Part shown: one piece after another, positions 25,224 through 40,387 of the stretch
Layout of the letters: the number at the start of each line of letters is the position of its first letter
Numbering within the stretch: the stretch's first letter is position 1
Source of the DNA: Neoconidiobolus thromboides FSU 785
Lineage: Eukaryota; Fungi; Entomophthoromycota
DNA length: 64,000 nucleotides
Assembly (NCBI GenBank): GCA_025603075.1
Contig: MU626347.1
Coordinates: 19,492-83,491, forward strand
Reading direction: 5' to 3'
Translations under genes and position numbers: made by a program
Notes under the pieces: model-generated
What the model was told of the DNA's origin: nothing
The model's database searches: none
Seen by the model: the letters and a program-made list of their open reading frames with translations, nothing else

Positions 25224-25639
25224 TTAAATTTCAAGGTTACGTTCATGGCTTGCAGTTCCAGGGCCAATTAGTTCTCCTTCTTCAAGGATACGACGAACAG
25301 CATCATCTTCATTATTTCTTTCCAACACATTACTATTACTTTGATTAAAACCTGTTGTCAAATAAAGCAGATAACTATATTACCTTATTGTTTGTTTGGA
25401 AGCAGTGGAAGCAAGGCCAGTATGGCTACCGGTATCTGTATCAAAAATTTGGAAAGCTAATAAAAGAGATTAATAAAAGATAACATTTTACACAAAAGAA
25501 ACTTACAATCAACAACCTCAACCAATGGGATAGATTTGTCTGACTTCCATTTCTTATAGATTTGAGGATCAGCAATAAATACGAATAAATCTTTATCGTG
25601 TTCAGATTTAAATACAACTTTATGAGCGCTATTGGACAT
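25224..25639 (-). CDS. RTC3: SBDS/Sdo1 N-terminal-domain protein, Rtc3-like (3 exons)
   Basis: MSNSAHKVVFK...DLFVFIADPQIYKKWKSDKSIPLVEVVD|SFQIF...ASKQ...DDAVRRILEEGEL. Confidence 0.8.
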
Positions 25640-26248
25640 TTTATTCTTATTTTTATTTTATAATTTAATTTAGTTGCTTTTCATTCTCTTTTATACCTTT
25701 AGATCATGACGTAGTATTTTTTTTTACAATTGGTAAAGAGATGATGTCACAATTTGTTAATAAAAGCATTAACTAACTCCGTGAGTTTTATTTCCTTTTG
25801 AAGTCAAGGCCATATAATTTCAAATTTTTCAATTTTGATTTGATTAATGATAAATTTATCAATTATTTCATAATTATCTCTATTCTAATGATATTATTCG
25901 ATTTGTCAATGTAAACCTAAAAGACATCAATTTACTACGTTTTTTAGAAAATGTTGAATCATTTAAAAAACTATTTAGTACTACATAGTAAAAAGCATAA
26001 TTTATAAATAGATTCTTTTTTAATTTAATAAATGTAATCTACTACCTGGTGTTACTATGATAACCTTTTTATTTATTACTTTAATTTTCAAAATAAATTA
26101 CTATTTAAGTTTTAATTACGTTTTAAAAAATAATTATTTATTTATTTTTAATTTAATAAATACTATTGTTTCAATAAAATGATACGGTTTTCAATTTCCT
26201 TTAAAAAATTAATGAAAATAAAAAATTGAAGTTGTATTAAAAAATCCA

Positions 26249-26353
26249 TATGGGGATGTATTTTTGTATTTAAGAATTTTACTAACAATTTTTCCGTTCA
26301 GATAATACTTAAAAGATGGAAAAAGTAATGAAGCCAAAAAAGACATCCTCATA
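26249..26353 (+). mobile_element. MITE-like element, copy 7 (in the RTC3/CPSF100 divergent intergenic region)
   Basis: ATATGGGGATGTATTTTTGTATTTAAGAATTTTACTAACAATTTTTCCG...GATGGAAAAAGTAATGAAGCCAAAAAAGACATCCTCATA. Confidence 0.88.
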
Positions 26354-26539
26354 TTTTAAATTTGTCATGTTGACTATAATAATTTCACTTTAAAATATCT
26401 TACAAAATTATTTTGAAATATAATTTTATTTTTATTTTAAACTTACTATTGTATTCTTTTTGTTCTATCTGTTATTTTTTTGAATTTTTTTTTCTAAACT
26501 TTCATTTTTAATTAATTTTAATCGAATTTTGATTTTATA

Positions 26540-27728
26540 ATGAGTAGTGTAATTAAATTTATACCCATATTAGATGATGAAGTTAGTGGAGCAGTATGCT
26601 ATTTATTACAATTAGATGAAATCAATATATTATTAGATTGTGGTGCTGTTACTGAATGGACTGAGGAAATATTTCAAAGGATTGAAAGGTAAACAAAAAA
26701 CAATGGTATAAATCTATTTAGCTTAACTATTTATCTCTTTTAGTTATTGTACTACAATAGATTTATTATTATTAAGCCATTCGGATATGTTACATATGGG
26801 AGCATTTATCGATGTATATTTACGCTATAAAGAAAATATCAAAATCTATTCCACTATACCAATACAAAATCTGGGCAAAGTATCTATATTGGATTATAAA
26901 AATCAAAAGTTTAGTCAAAAGAGTAATTTAGAACAGATCAATTTTACAAAAGAACAATTCCCTTTCTGGTCTAATAAAATTATATTTGAAGCTACAGAAG
27001 CTATCAATACTTTAAGATATTCCCAACCTACTAGACTTAGTGGTAATTTACTTTACTTTTTATTTTTATTAAGTTATTTAATATAGAATATTTAAGGTAA
27101 ATGTAGTGGAGTTAGTATTACTGCTTATGGAGCAGGTCACTCAATTGGCGGTGCTGTTTGGCAAATAACTAATGCAACGGATGTTATTGTATATGCTCCT
27201 GATTTCAATCATCGTAAAGAAAGGTAATAAATAATAATAATAATAATAGTAATAATAATAATATATAAAATAGACATTTAAATGGTACTGTTTTATTAAC
27301 TAATGGCGCTATTTTGGATTCATTATATCGACCATCTTTATTTATTTCTGGTGCAAATTCAAGTCATCCTATTTTATCTTCTCGTAAAAATATCGAACAA
27401 CAACTATTAAGTAAGATTAATTATATATAATATGATACAATATTAATGTAATTTATAATTATTATTATGAATTTAATTAGCTAATATAAGGGATATTTTA
27501 AATAAAAAAGGAACAGTATTAATACCAACGGATAGTTCAAGTAGAGTGTTAGAATTAATTTATTTATTGGAACAATTGTTTATTGAAAACGATTTACATT
27601 CACCAATTATATTCTTAAATTCATGTGCATCAACTACATTAAAATATGCCATGTCTATTTTAGAATGGATGGGTGGTAATATTGTTGAACAATTTGGTAT
27701 TACAAGAGAAAATCCATTTGATTTTAGG

Positions 27729-27771
<43 letters not shown>

Positions 27772-28942
27772 AATAAATATTATATAGAAAAAGTAATACA
27801 ATTAAAATAGTACATAAAATAGAAGAAGCAAATACATTTAATGAACCTAAAGTAATATTAGCTTCATTAGATTTTTTCAATGAATTATTTAATCAATTAG
27901 CAAATGACCCAATCAATTCTATTATTATTACAGATCATGCATTACCTAATTCATTAGTTAAAGAATTACATCAACTTATTAAAAATAAAGGTCAACAAAT
28001 TACTTCCGATGTAGTTATTTATCAAAATGTTAATGAGTTTTTAGATATCAAAGTAAGAATTTATAATAATACAACTATATAATTATATAAGTAATAATTT
28101 TGATTTCTATTAGATAAATAAAAAAGTGTTACTAGAGGGTAGTGAATTAGCAATATTTCGACAATTTAAAGAACAAAGAATACAAAAAGAAGCAGAAGCA
28201 GCAGCAATTTTATCAAGAAATAAACATTTAATGGAAAAAGATGATAGCGATGATGATTCAGATAATGATGATTTAGAACTAGATTTAAAAGAATTATTAT
28301 CAAGACAATATGATATTTATGTTAAAGAAAATTCAAAATTAATTCAAGGTTATTTCAAAAGTGGTAGTAATCATCGTATGTATCCATACATTGAAAAAAA
28401 AAGAAAATTTGATGATTATGGAGAAGAAATTATTAAAGAAAATTATTTAACTAAATTGGAACAATTAAATTTAAAAAAAGAAAAATATCAAAATAACAGT
28501 TTAATTGAAGAAAGTGAAAATGTTATTGAAGATATTAATAATATTAAATTTATTGTCAATCCTATTAAAATAATAACAACTCAAATTAGGTATAATATTA
28601 AATGTCAATTAAATTATATTGCTATTGAAGGAAAATCAGATACAAAATCAGTAAGAAATATATTAAAAATTATGAATCCTAGAAAATTAGTAAGTATTAT
28701 CATCAATTATATATTAATTATGTATTGACTACTGTTATGTTATTTTTAGGTTTTAATTAATGGAAATAAGAACACTATTAATGAGTTAAAACAAACATTT
28801 ATAAAAGACAAAATGGATGCTAATGCTCAAGTATTTGCACCACATATTGGAGAATGTTTAATGTTAGGAAGTTCAAATAAAACATTAGATCTAAAATTAA
28901 GTGACGAGCTTATAAGAAGTATTAAATTCTACAAAGTAAGTT

Positions 28943-28977
<35 letters not shown>

Positions 28978-29369
28978 TTGTTTTTTATATAGTATCAAGA
29001 TTTTGAAGTTGGAAAAATCCAAGGGATTATTCAAGTATTAAAGAATGAAACTTCATCAAATTTATTATTAAATAAGAATGAAGATGCAATTAGTACAAAA
29101 CCTATAATGATTGGAGATATTAAATTTACTGAATTAAGAACTGTATTTCATTCCAATGGCTTTATTACCGAATTTTTAAATGATGGCTCATTAAAAGTCA
29201 ATCAAAATTTAATTATTAAAAAGGTAATATAGAATGACAATAATATATTTATATTTATATTTATATTTTATATTAGGATTCCAATGGTAATATTCGTTTA
29301 GATGGTAAACTTTGTAAAGATTATTATTTAGTACGTTCTATTCTTTATAATGCTTTAGCTGTACTTTAA
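26540..29369 (+). CDS. CPSF2: Cleavage and polyadenylation specificity factor subunit 2 (CPSF100/Cft2), ~10 exons
   Basis: [64 protein letters not shown] and the C-terminal [10 protein letters not shown] pattern. Confidence 0.92.
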
Positions 29370-29505
29370 TAAAATTTAATAAAATTGTTCTTACTAAATT
29401 TAGTAAATAATAACATTATTCATTAATTAATTCAAAGACATTGTTTAATATAAATAATTAGAATAATGACTTATTTTTAATTGTTTTATTTTTATTTTAT
29501 TTGAT

Positions 29506-30475
29506 ATGAAATATACAACCTTGTTATTTATTTTATCTACTTTAATTAATAACATATACGCTATAAATATTAATTTTCATTTTGGTAAATTTTATTTTAA
29601 TATTAGTTCAATATAAATAATATCATTAATAAGGCATACGAAACAATCCCATTTCTTGGATAGAAATAGTAATTGGTATTTGCTTTATTGTATTTGGTAT
29701 ATTATTGTTACTGTTCTCTTTTAAATTATTGAGATTTATCTATGGGTTTAGTGGTTCTTTATTAGGAGGTAAATAAGTTTTATTTTTCATAGCAATAATA
29801 TATATGTTAATAAAATATTTAGTATTATTAGTATGGTCCATAGCTAACGCATGTCAATCTTATTCTAAATGGACAAAAACATCAACTTACGTTATTATTT
29901 CGTTTTTAATCTTATTTTCAATTCTATTCATAATATTAGCAACAAAATTTATTCGAGTTGGCGCTTCCTTCTTAAGTTTTAACTTAGGTTTATTTATAAG
30001 TATGATAATCTTCCAATATATCAAAATAACATCTATTATACGAGTATGCAGTACAATTGGAATAGGACTATTGTTTTCAATAATACAATTTATATTTTAT
30101 AATAGATTACCAAAGTTGCCAATTTTTACTAGTAGCTTTTTAGGTAGCTTATTTATATCTAGTGGTTTAGATTGTATTGCAAGACAAAAGTTTTCAACTT
30201 ATTTAAATTATTTAAAAGATATTACTTACAATTCAAATAATAATGAGATTATTAAACCTACTTTTGAAACTAGTTTGTTATTTATACTCATCCCCTCGAT
30301 TGCTATTGCCGGTTATTATATTCAATTTAAGTACATAAATACTCAACAAGAACCTTTAACTATGGTTCCTAATCCTTATATAACATCGAATCCTCAAGAA
30401 GAAGAAGACCCTTTAATACAGTCCAATTTAAGTAATCGAACAGAATTAAATCAAACTCAAATAACTCAAGCTTAA
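29506..30475 (+). CDS. Multi-pass membrane protein, DUF4203 (TM7S3/TMEM198-like), 3 exons
   Basis: Signal peptide, then IGICFIVFGILLLLFSFKLLRFIYGFSGSLLG..., FTSSFLGSLFISSGLDCI and a final GYYIQF helix. Confidence 0.7.
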
Positions 30476-30531
30476 TAATAAAATGAATAAATTATTAATA
30501 GATTATATCTTATTTGTTTATTTAAATATAT

Positions 30532-31883
<1,352 letters not shown>

Positions 31884-32895
31884 ATTGTTGTTTTAATATT
31901 ATTTTAATTTTTCAACATATTTTTGGTTCTTTTTATACGTTTTTAAAAGCAAAATATTAACTATACAGATATTGTTTTTCGCATTATATTTTTGAATATT
32001 TTAGATAACATAATATTTGTTAAATGTCTTTAATTTTAATTGAAATATTTTTCTAAATTTAATTGTACGCTTTCCAAATTTGGGTCTATTTTTATTTAAA
32101 AAAATAAAAATAAATATTGATAATTAACAATAACCAATCATCACAGTTTAGCATAAAGATTTATTATATCCATTTTTATGTATTAGTAATGGTATTCAAT
32201 CGTTTGCGTTAGTTTCGTTTATGTATTAGTAATTATAATAGATATTTTAATATAGTTATTTATATGTATTAGTAATATTAATGAGTGATTTAGCAAAAAA
32301 TTTAAATTCAAAATGAGTCTTATGGTGCTTGTTTAATAAAGAGTGATAAAAAGAGAGTTAGTGAAATGAATTGGAATGAAGAAGAGTCCTTGAATCGAGA
32401 CAGGATACCAGATGAGATAGAGAGAATGGCATTTAAGAAGAAAAGAAAAAAAGTATTATTAAGAGGGACAACAAGAGGCTGTTTGAGATAAAATATGATT
32501 ATTTTTATATATAAAAATTTAAAGGTCTGGTTAACTTTAAAATAACAAATTGTGGATCTAGTTTTTTATAGATGGTTCCAGAATTAAGAAAAAATAAACT
32601 ACTGTAGAATACCCTTTCACAACTTCTAATATCTGTAATAAATAAAACTAAAGGGGAGTAGGGATTAGGTCTAAACAAATCTTATTATTAATAATAACTA
32701 ATACTATACAAGACAACAAAAGCAATAATATTAAATTTTAGTTTACTTCTATCACTATTGTTAGTACGATATTTGCTTTTCTATACATGCTAATTGATAT
32801 ACTACTTGAGTATAATAACTGATTATTTAGACTTTATTAATTTTAAGTAGTAATAATGATAAGCAATAAAAACCATTATAATAAAAATAAAAGAT

Positions 32896-34875
32896 TTAAT
32901 TAATAAGTTTTTCAGAATTATTCACTTTCTCCCATTCTCTCTTTTTTAAAAGAAACTTTTGAACCTTTCCGGTGCTATAAAGAATAAACATAAATAAATC
33001 AAAAAAATCAAAAAAAGCAAAAATTACCCAGTCTTAGGCAACTCCTTTAAAAATTCGACCTTAGTAGGACATTTAAATTTTCCAAGTCTATCATGAGAAT
33101 ATTTAATAATCTGATTAGCTAATTCATCGGTTGGTTCATGGTTTTGTTTAAGTACAATAAATGCTTTAGGTGTTTCTCCCCATTTTTCATGAGGTGAAGC
33201 AACAATCGCAATTTCCAAAATAGCTGGATGATGGGCCATCGCTTTTTCTACTTCAATTGAAGATATGTTTTCTCCTCCACTAATTATTATATCTTTACTG
33301 CGATCTTTTAAATTAATATAACCATCCGCTTCAACAACTGCTATATCACCAGTATGGAACCATCCCCCTTTAAACGCTTTATTTGTTGCTTCAATATCAT
33401 TATAGTATCCCTATCAATTCAAAATTAAATCATTAACATACAAAGTTGTATCTATTTTTTACCTTCATAACCATATTACCACGGAAGACTACCTCTCCAA
33501 TAGTTATTCCATCTTTAGGCACATCTTTCATATTTTCATCAACAACCCTAACTGGGTCAGCTAAAACATAAGAAAAACCTTGCCTTGCTAACAATCTATT
33601 CCTTTCACTTGGTGGTAATTGATTCCAATATTCTTGATTATAACCAATAGTACATGGTCTAATTTAATAATAAAATATAAAATTATAAAAGTAAAAGTAA
33701 ATAAGATTAATTACCCATAAGTTTCAGAAAGTCCATACGAATGTAAGAAACTTAAATTCAATTTGTTCATACCTTCAGCTAACGCTGGTGTAGGGGGTGA
33801 GCCTGCTACCATAGCTACAACTTGTTTTTCTAATCTTTTAGCTTTATTATGATGTATCAAAGAAATTTGTACGGTTGGAGCAGCACAATAATGAGTAACA
33901 TTATGGTGTAAAAATAAGTCCCAAATATGACCAGCGTCTACTTTTTTGATGAGTAAACTTGAGCCTAAAATATTAATTATAAAAATCGACAATATTAATA
34001 ATCAATTGTATTACCTGATACTGCTGCTACAGACCAAGGGAAACACCAACCATTACAGTGGAATAAAGGTAAAGTCCATAAATACTTACTATTTTTATTA
34101 ATACCCATTTCCAAGGTATTATTTAAACAAGCCAATGTAACAGAGCGATAAGTTAACATAACCCCTTTAGGTCTCCCAGTGGTGCCCGAAGTATAACAAA
34201 TAGCAATAGTATCATTTTCTTCATTTGATTCAAATTGGTTCCATTTTAATATGCTTTTATCATTGTCATTTATCATTTTGATTTCTTTTTCAATACTTAA
34301 TTCATTGTCGGTACCATTGATTTCTCCACTTTTAATGCAGGTTAATTCATGTTTAAAATCTTTAATTAAACTTTCATATTCTTCTTCATAAATCAAAAGC
34401 CTAGCACCACAATGTTTAACAATGTAATCAACTTCATTAGCATTTAACCTTGTATTAATAGCTACAATTACAGCATTTAAAGCAGGTATTGAAAAATGAG
34501 CATCGTATAAAATAGGGATATTACGACATAATAAGGCTACTTTATCTCCTTTATTGATTTGATATTTATTTTTTAATAAAGTAGCAAACTTTAATACTCT
34601 CTTTTCCATTTCTAAATAATTATAAGTAATATTCTCATACTCGACTGCTAATGAAGTGGGATTGATTCTAGCACTCCTTTCCAAAAACGGGATTGGGCTT
34701 AATGGAGTATAGTTTACAGGCCTATCTTTATGTTTAAAAGAAACTAGTTGTAAAGATTGAATAAGTATTATAATTTATGATAAAGATTAATTTATTTTGA
34801 TATGTTACCTTCTACTTTATTACTTAATGTTTCTTGTAGTTGTTTTAACCGACGTACAGCTATTTCTTTTGTCAT
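32896..34875 (-). CDS. Acyl-CoA synthetase / AMP-binding enzyme (acyl-activating-enzyme type), multi-exon
   Basis: NYTPLSPIPFLERSA, YTSGTTGRPKGV, LPLFHCNGW, YGLSETYG, WFHTGDIA, DRSKDIIISGGENISS, ELPKT(S)TGKVQK. Confidence 0.92.
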
Positions 34876-35647
34876 TTCAAAATTTGTTTAAAAATTCAAA
34901 GTCAATTAATTTTGATTTTTTATCTTTTATATTATCTTCTATCATAGATGGAGTTAGATTCATTGAAATCCAATCATATTAGAGTTTTGTTTCATAAGAA
35001 GCATAATAATGCTAGGTTATATAATTATAGTAAAATACAAGTCAAATAAGGTAGTTTATTCTATTTTTTAAGAAGCAATAAATAATATTTTAAAATGAGT
35101 GATATTTCTAATAGGCTAATAATTAATCGATTGTTTATATTTGGGAATTTTAATTATTTTAATTATTAAGAAATATTTTATTAATAATTTAATGTTAGCC
35201 TATTCTATTATTTAAATACTTTATTATACTTTTTAATTAACATATTATATAGATTAGAAATGCTGTAAATAATTTCAAACTAAATGAAAATTTATTTGAA
35301 AATGGATTAGCATAATAATAATACCTTTACAATAATCAACTTTATAGATTTATAATAAAATTTTATAACATCCATAATATTATCTGTTTCATCCTGTTAA
35401 ATTCAAATTTTATATTCATTTAATAAATTAGGCAAAATAAATTTCATGTTTGTAAATTCATATTGAGTGGTATTTTTGTACGTTTTTTAATTCTTGAATC
35501 CTTTAATATCTAAAACATAACAAGTTATTTATCGATTTGATTAATAAATAGATAAAAAAAATAGAATACTTTATTCAATATTTAATATTATTTCAACTTT
35601 CTGTTATTTTACAAAAGCATTATTTAAATGTAGCATGTCAAAAACAG

Positions 35648-35752
35648 TATAGGGATGTGTTTTTGTGTTTAAGAATTTTAGTAGCAAATTTTCCGCTTAA
35701 ACATGCTTAAAAAATGGAAAAAGTAATAAAGTTAAAAAAACACTATCATATA
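35648..35752 (+). mobile_element. MITE-like element, copy 8
   Basis: TATAGGGATGTGTTTTTGTGTTTAAGAATTTTAG...TTTTCCGCTTAAACATGCTTAAAAAATGGAAAAAGTAAT... Confidence 0.8.
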
Positions 35753-35951
35753 CTAAATCCAACATGTTATAACTTACAAAGTCATAGAAAATAAAAATAT
35801 CAAATAAATCTTTTTTATAATTAAGAATAATATAATTAAGGATTCAATTCTAATGAATAATCATGGGAGCTTCTCAATATCATTTGTCTTTAAAATAATT
35901 AGATTGAATTTCGGTTTAATCTTGATGAGTTTAAAAAAGTTCATTCATCTA

Positions 35952-36060
35952 TATATGGGGATATATTTTTTAGCTTTATCACTTTTTCCATTTTTAAGCG
36001 CTATTTAAGTGGAAAGATTGTTAGTGAAATTCTTAAACAAAAAAAATACATCCCCATATA
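35952..36060 (-). mobile_element. MITE-like element, copy 9 (best-preserved termini)
   Basis: TATATGGGGATATATTTTTTAG...AAGCGCTATTTAAGTGGAAAGATTGTTAGTGAAATTCTTAAACAAAAAAAATACATCCCCATATA. Confidence 0.9.
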
Positions 36061-36580
36061 ATTAAAGTAACTTAATTTCTTATATGATATTTGAAATAAT
36101 GTTGAGAGTTATTTTACTATTTAAGAGTGATCATATAAACTATTAATAAATAAATGGCTTTGTCACTTAAGATATTAAAGAATATAATATAAAATGTACT
36201 TTATAAGTAATAATATTTAAATAAAAATAATATATACATCAATAAAACAAATAAACTATTGAGTTACTATAAGTTTAACAAAATTGATATTTTTTTCAGA
36301 GACTTTTAAATGCCCAGATTTAAGTGTGTTTTATTTAGTTAACTTTAAGTATAAATAGAAAAAAACTGACTCTAATGGTTTGAGATTAAAATTTAGGTTC
36401 TGATGAATCTTTTTAAAAAATTTACTGAAATTAATTTTCGCTTTTAACTTAGATGATATCTTTACGAAGGGGCCAATGGTAATCTTCCCTATATTATTTT
36501 AATTTTTCCAAGTTTCCCTAAAGTTGACCTCAGGAATCTGATAATTTTTTTATATTAAATTAAAGAATATTTTAATATAG

Positions 36581-36673
36581 AAATAAAATAAAATAAAATA
36601 AAAATAAAATAAAATAAAATAAAATAAAATAAAATAAAATAAAATAAAATAAAATAAAATAAAATAAAATAAA
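36581..36673. repeat. (AATAA)n microsatellite just downstream of NOP12
   Basis: Near-perfect pentanucleotide tandem run. Confidence 0.95.
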
Positions 36674-36725
36674 AAAGTATATATAAAAAAAGTCTATAGT
36701 TTTATTTAATCCTTATTAAAAATTA

Positions 36726-38115
36726 TTATTTCTTTTGTGTCTTTTTCCAAGTTTTTGAACGATTTTTGGCATGATCATTTCTTTTACCTTTGACTCTCTT
36801 TGGTTTATTTAATTTTTTAGCTTTTTTATCTGTTCTTTCACCTTCAATAACAACAAATTTGTCTTCTTCTAATTCCCCTTTGGCTTTTCTTTTATTCTTT
36901 TGGACTTCTTTATCTTGTTTTTTAATTCTTGATATTCTTAATTTACGTCCTTCAATTTGAGTAGCATTTAATTTTATAGCTAATGGAACGGAAGTTGGAT
37001 CCTAATTAAATGAAATAAATATGAATTTTTATTAGTAAAATATAATAATATAGTAATAAAACAAAAATACTTCAAATAAAATATAAGCAAATCCCTTTCC
37101 TAAATTAGTTACTGGATCTCGAACTACTCTTACTGCTTCAACTTTACCACAGGAACTAAAATGTTCCCATAATGGTTCATCTTCAATTTCAAAATTAAGA
37201 TTACCAACAAAAACTGTACGCTTTGGTGAAAATTCCTAATTGATTATTATAATGTTAACTATTGCTATCAAAAAACAATAATGATTCTTATTACTTTATT
37301 TTCCCCAGTTACATTATCTACACGTAAATGTTTATTTAAAAACATTGTACCATTTAAACTCAAACTTTTTTCAATCGATTCTATTTCTTTATAAATGATA
37401 TAGGCATTCATAAATGAACGCTTGGTATTTAACTTTTTACTAATAAATGCTGCTTTACGATTCATTTGTTTTTCTAGTGCCTATGTTTTAATAAAATTAA
37501 TCAACTTTGAACATTGATTTATGATAATAAATAATAATACCAAAGAACGAAAACGATAGGATTCAATTTTACCAAATTGAGAAAATAATTCAATAAATTG
37601 TTTCTTTTCTTCTTTCTATATAATATGTACATTAAAATTTCATTTAAGCAAATAAAAGTTTAATTTACTTTAGTTAATAAATCTACAGATACATTACCGA
37701 CAAATATGGTCCTTTTTTTAATTTCTTCATCATTTTTCCCAGGTTTTAAATTTTTTTTCACTTTTTTTGTTACTACTCCAAATTCCGCTTCACTATCGTC
37801 ACTATCTACTTCTTCTTCTTCTTCTTCTTCTTCTACTTGTTTATTCTCATCATTGACTTTTGATTTATTTTCTTCAGTAGTTGCTTTTTCGGTAACATTC
37901 TACAAAAAGTTAATTACAAATTTAAATTATTTTAATATTATTTTTATTTACTTCAGTAGCAACACTTTTAGACTAATAAAAAAGAATTAATTAAGTTTGG
38001 GGTTATAAAAATAATAGCTAGTAATTACTTTTTTAAATAGGTCATCTAATTCAGCATCAAAATTATCTTGTTTAACAAATAAATCAGCTAAAAAGCCTTT
38101 GGTATATTCTGACAT
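36726..38115 (-). CDS. NOP12: Nucleolar RRM protein Nop12/RBM34 (multi-exon)
   Basis: [13 protein letters not shown]; [67 protein letters not shown]; Lys-rich tail ending KK* at 36726. Confidence 0.88.
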
Positions 38116-38329
38116 TTTTATAAAATGGTTTTATAGAAAATAATAAAAATAAAAAATATAATAAAAATTCATTAGTTTTGATTGGATAATGTTATTTTCG
38201 ATAATTTCAAAGTTTTATAATAAATTTAGTTTCTATACTTAAACAAAATAAAAGTGATAGAAAAATAATAAATAAAATAAATAAATTTCATTTTATAAAA
38301 AACATTTTATTCTCTATATCTATTTTAAT

Positions 38330-38761
38330 TCAGTTTAATATCTTTTGAATTAATAGTAAATTAGCCTTAGCTTGTACTAACTCCGAATTCCATGTAAATA
38401 ATCTCTCTTGATCTCTAATTTTAATCTTTTCGGGTACTCTTAATTCATAATCTTTTTTGCCAACTTTCTCTACTAACTCATCTTTCTTACTATTAATCAT
38501 TTTGATTTTATTTTCAATCTTTTTCATTTCATTATTTAACTTTACAATATCATAATATTTCTTTTCTTTTAAAATAGGAACGCTTAATATGACTTTATTA
38601 TTTGATTTAAAATTAACTAAAATCGAATGATGGTTTAATATATTATTATTATTATCATTATTGTTATTCTTTTCTTTATATATTAATTGAATACTTTTCA
38701 TATTACTCATTTTCATTATAATTGGTTGATAATCTTGAAATATATTAATATATTGTTGTAG

Positions 38762-38812
<51 letters not shown>

Positions 38813-40314
38813 TAATTCTTCCTGTTTTTCTATGGTTAAATAAAAAGGTAATTTTAAATCATTTAATAAATGATATGATTGACGTAAGGATCTAGAACTA
38901 TGAATGATTCTTAATATAAACTAAAGAAATTCAATAGATTAATTTATTATATATTATATACTATCATATTATAATAATCTTACTTCAAATTCATGTTCTA
39001 CTTGATCATTAATAAATATCTCAAAGTCTTTACTTTGAGGTAATTTTGCTACCATTAAAGAATCATAATTAGGTTTAGATGGATAATAATATGAATGATA
39101 TAATTCTTCTGTAATAAATGGCATAATAGGATGTAATAATCTTAATATTATATCAATTGATAAATCCATTATGTTAAAAGTAATTAAATTATTTTGATTT
39201 GATAATTTTGAAAATTCAATACCAATATCACATAATATATTTATAATAAAATTGCGTAATTCTATAGTTGTATTATGTAATTGTAATAAATTTATAGAAC
39301 TATGATAATTTATTATTGTTTTTGATAATTTAGATAATATATATTTTTGGTATAAATTTAATTCATTATAATTAATTATTGTTGGATTTAATATTAAATC
39401 TTCATATTTTAAATTAATTGTTGAATATTGTTTTTTTTTATTAATAAAATATAATACCATGTTCCATAATTTATTACCAAAATGTTTAGTTGTTATTATA
39501 TTATCTAAATTTATATTAATTTGTTTACCCTATAATAACAAAAATTAGTTAATAAATTAATTTATTCTATATTATTCTATATTATTCTATATTATTCTAT
39601 ATTATTCTATATTATTCTATATTATTATTATTTTAATAATTACCTGTTGTAAATAGTTAATTAAACTAAATCTTAAGGCATCTGTACCACATTGTTGGAT
39701 ACCATTTGGATATTCTATTTTTAAATTATTTAAACTCTTCTCAATTTCATTTAAAGTTAAATGTTTTGAATTGATAATTGGCTCATTCAATTCTTTTAAA
39801 CTTCTTCCATCAATAATATGTATTGGATCAATAACATTACCTAATGATTTACTCATTTTTCTACCTAATTTATCTCGTATCATAGGATGTAATAAGATTG
39901 TTTTAAAGGGTATGAAATTAGAATTCAATTGATTACATAACATTACCATACGTGCTACCCAAAAAAATAAAATATCAGAACCAGTTTCGAGTAAATTAGT
40001 ACTCTATATAAAGAAATAAATATTAAGAAATAAATATTAATTATAACTTACTTTAATATTATTATTATTATTATTATTAATTCCATTCCAATCAAAAGCA
40101 GATAAAGGTAATAAAGCAGATGAAAACCAAGTATCTAATACATCTTCATCTTGAATTAAATTACATTTATTAACTAATGAATTTATTATAAGTTTGTTTT
40201 CGTTTTGGTTTATTAATTCATTTTTTATATTATTTATTACATCATTTTGATTAATACCAACATACCACTTATCTTTTATTTTATTAAATAATATTAATTC
40301 TTCATTTGTTAATA

Positions 40315-40387
<73 letters not shown>

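Noticed and set aside
32300-32490. Purine-rich open stretch (~60 codons) between the OYE and acyl-CoA ligase genes
   Set aside because: No convincing start or upstream exon, and no recognisable motif
36370-36540. Weak resemblance to a copia ADIFTK motif (plus strand) or a LINE zf-RVT region (minus strand)
   Set aside because: Too short and interrupted; the two readings are mutually exclusive
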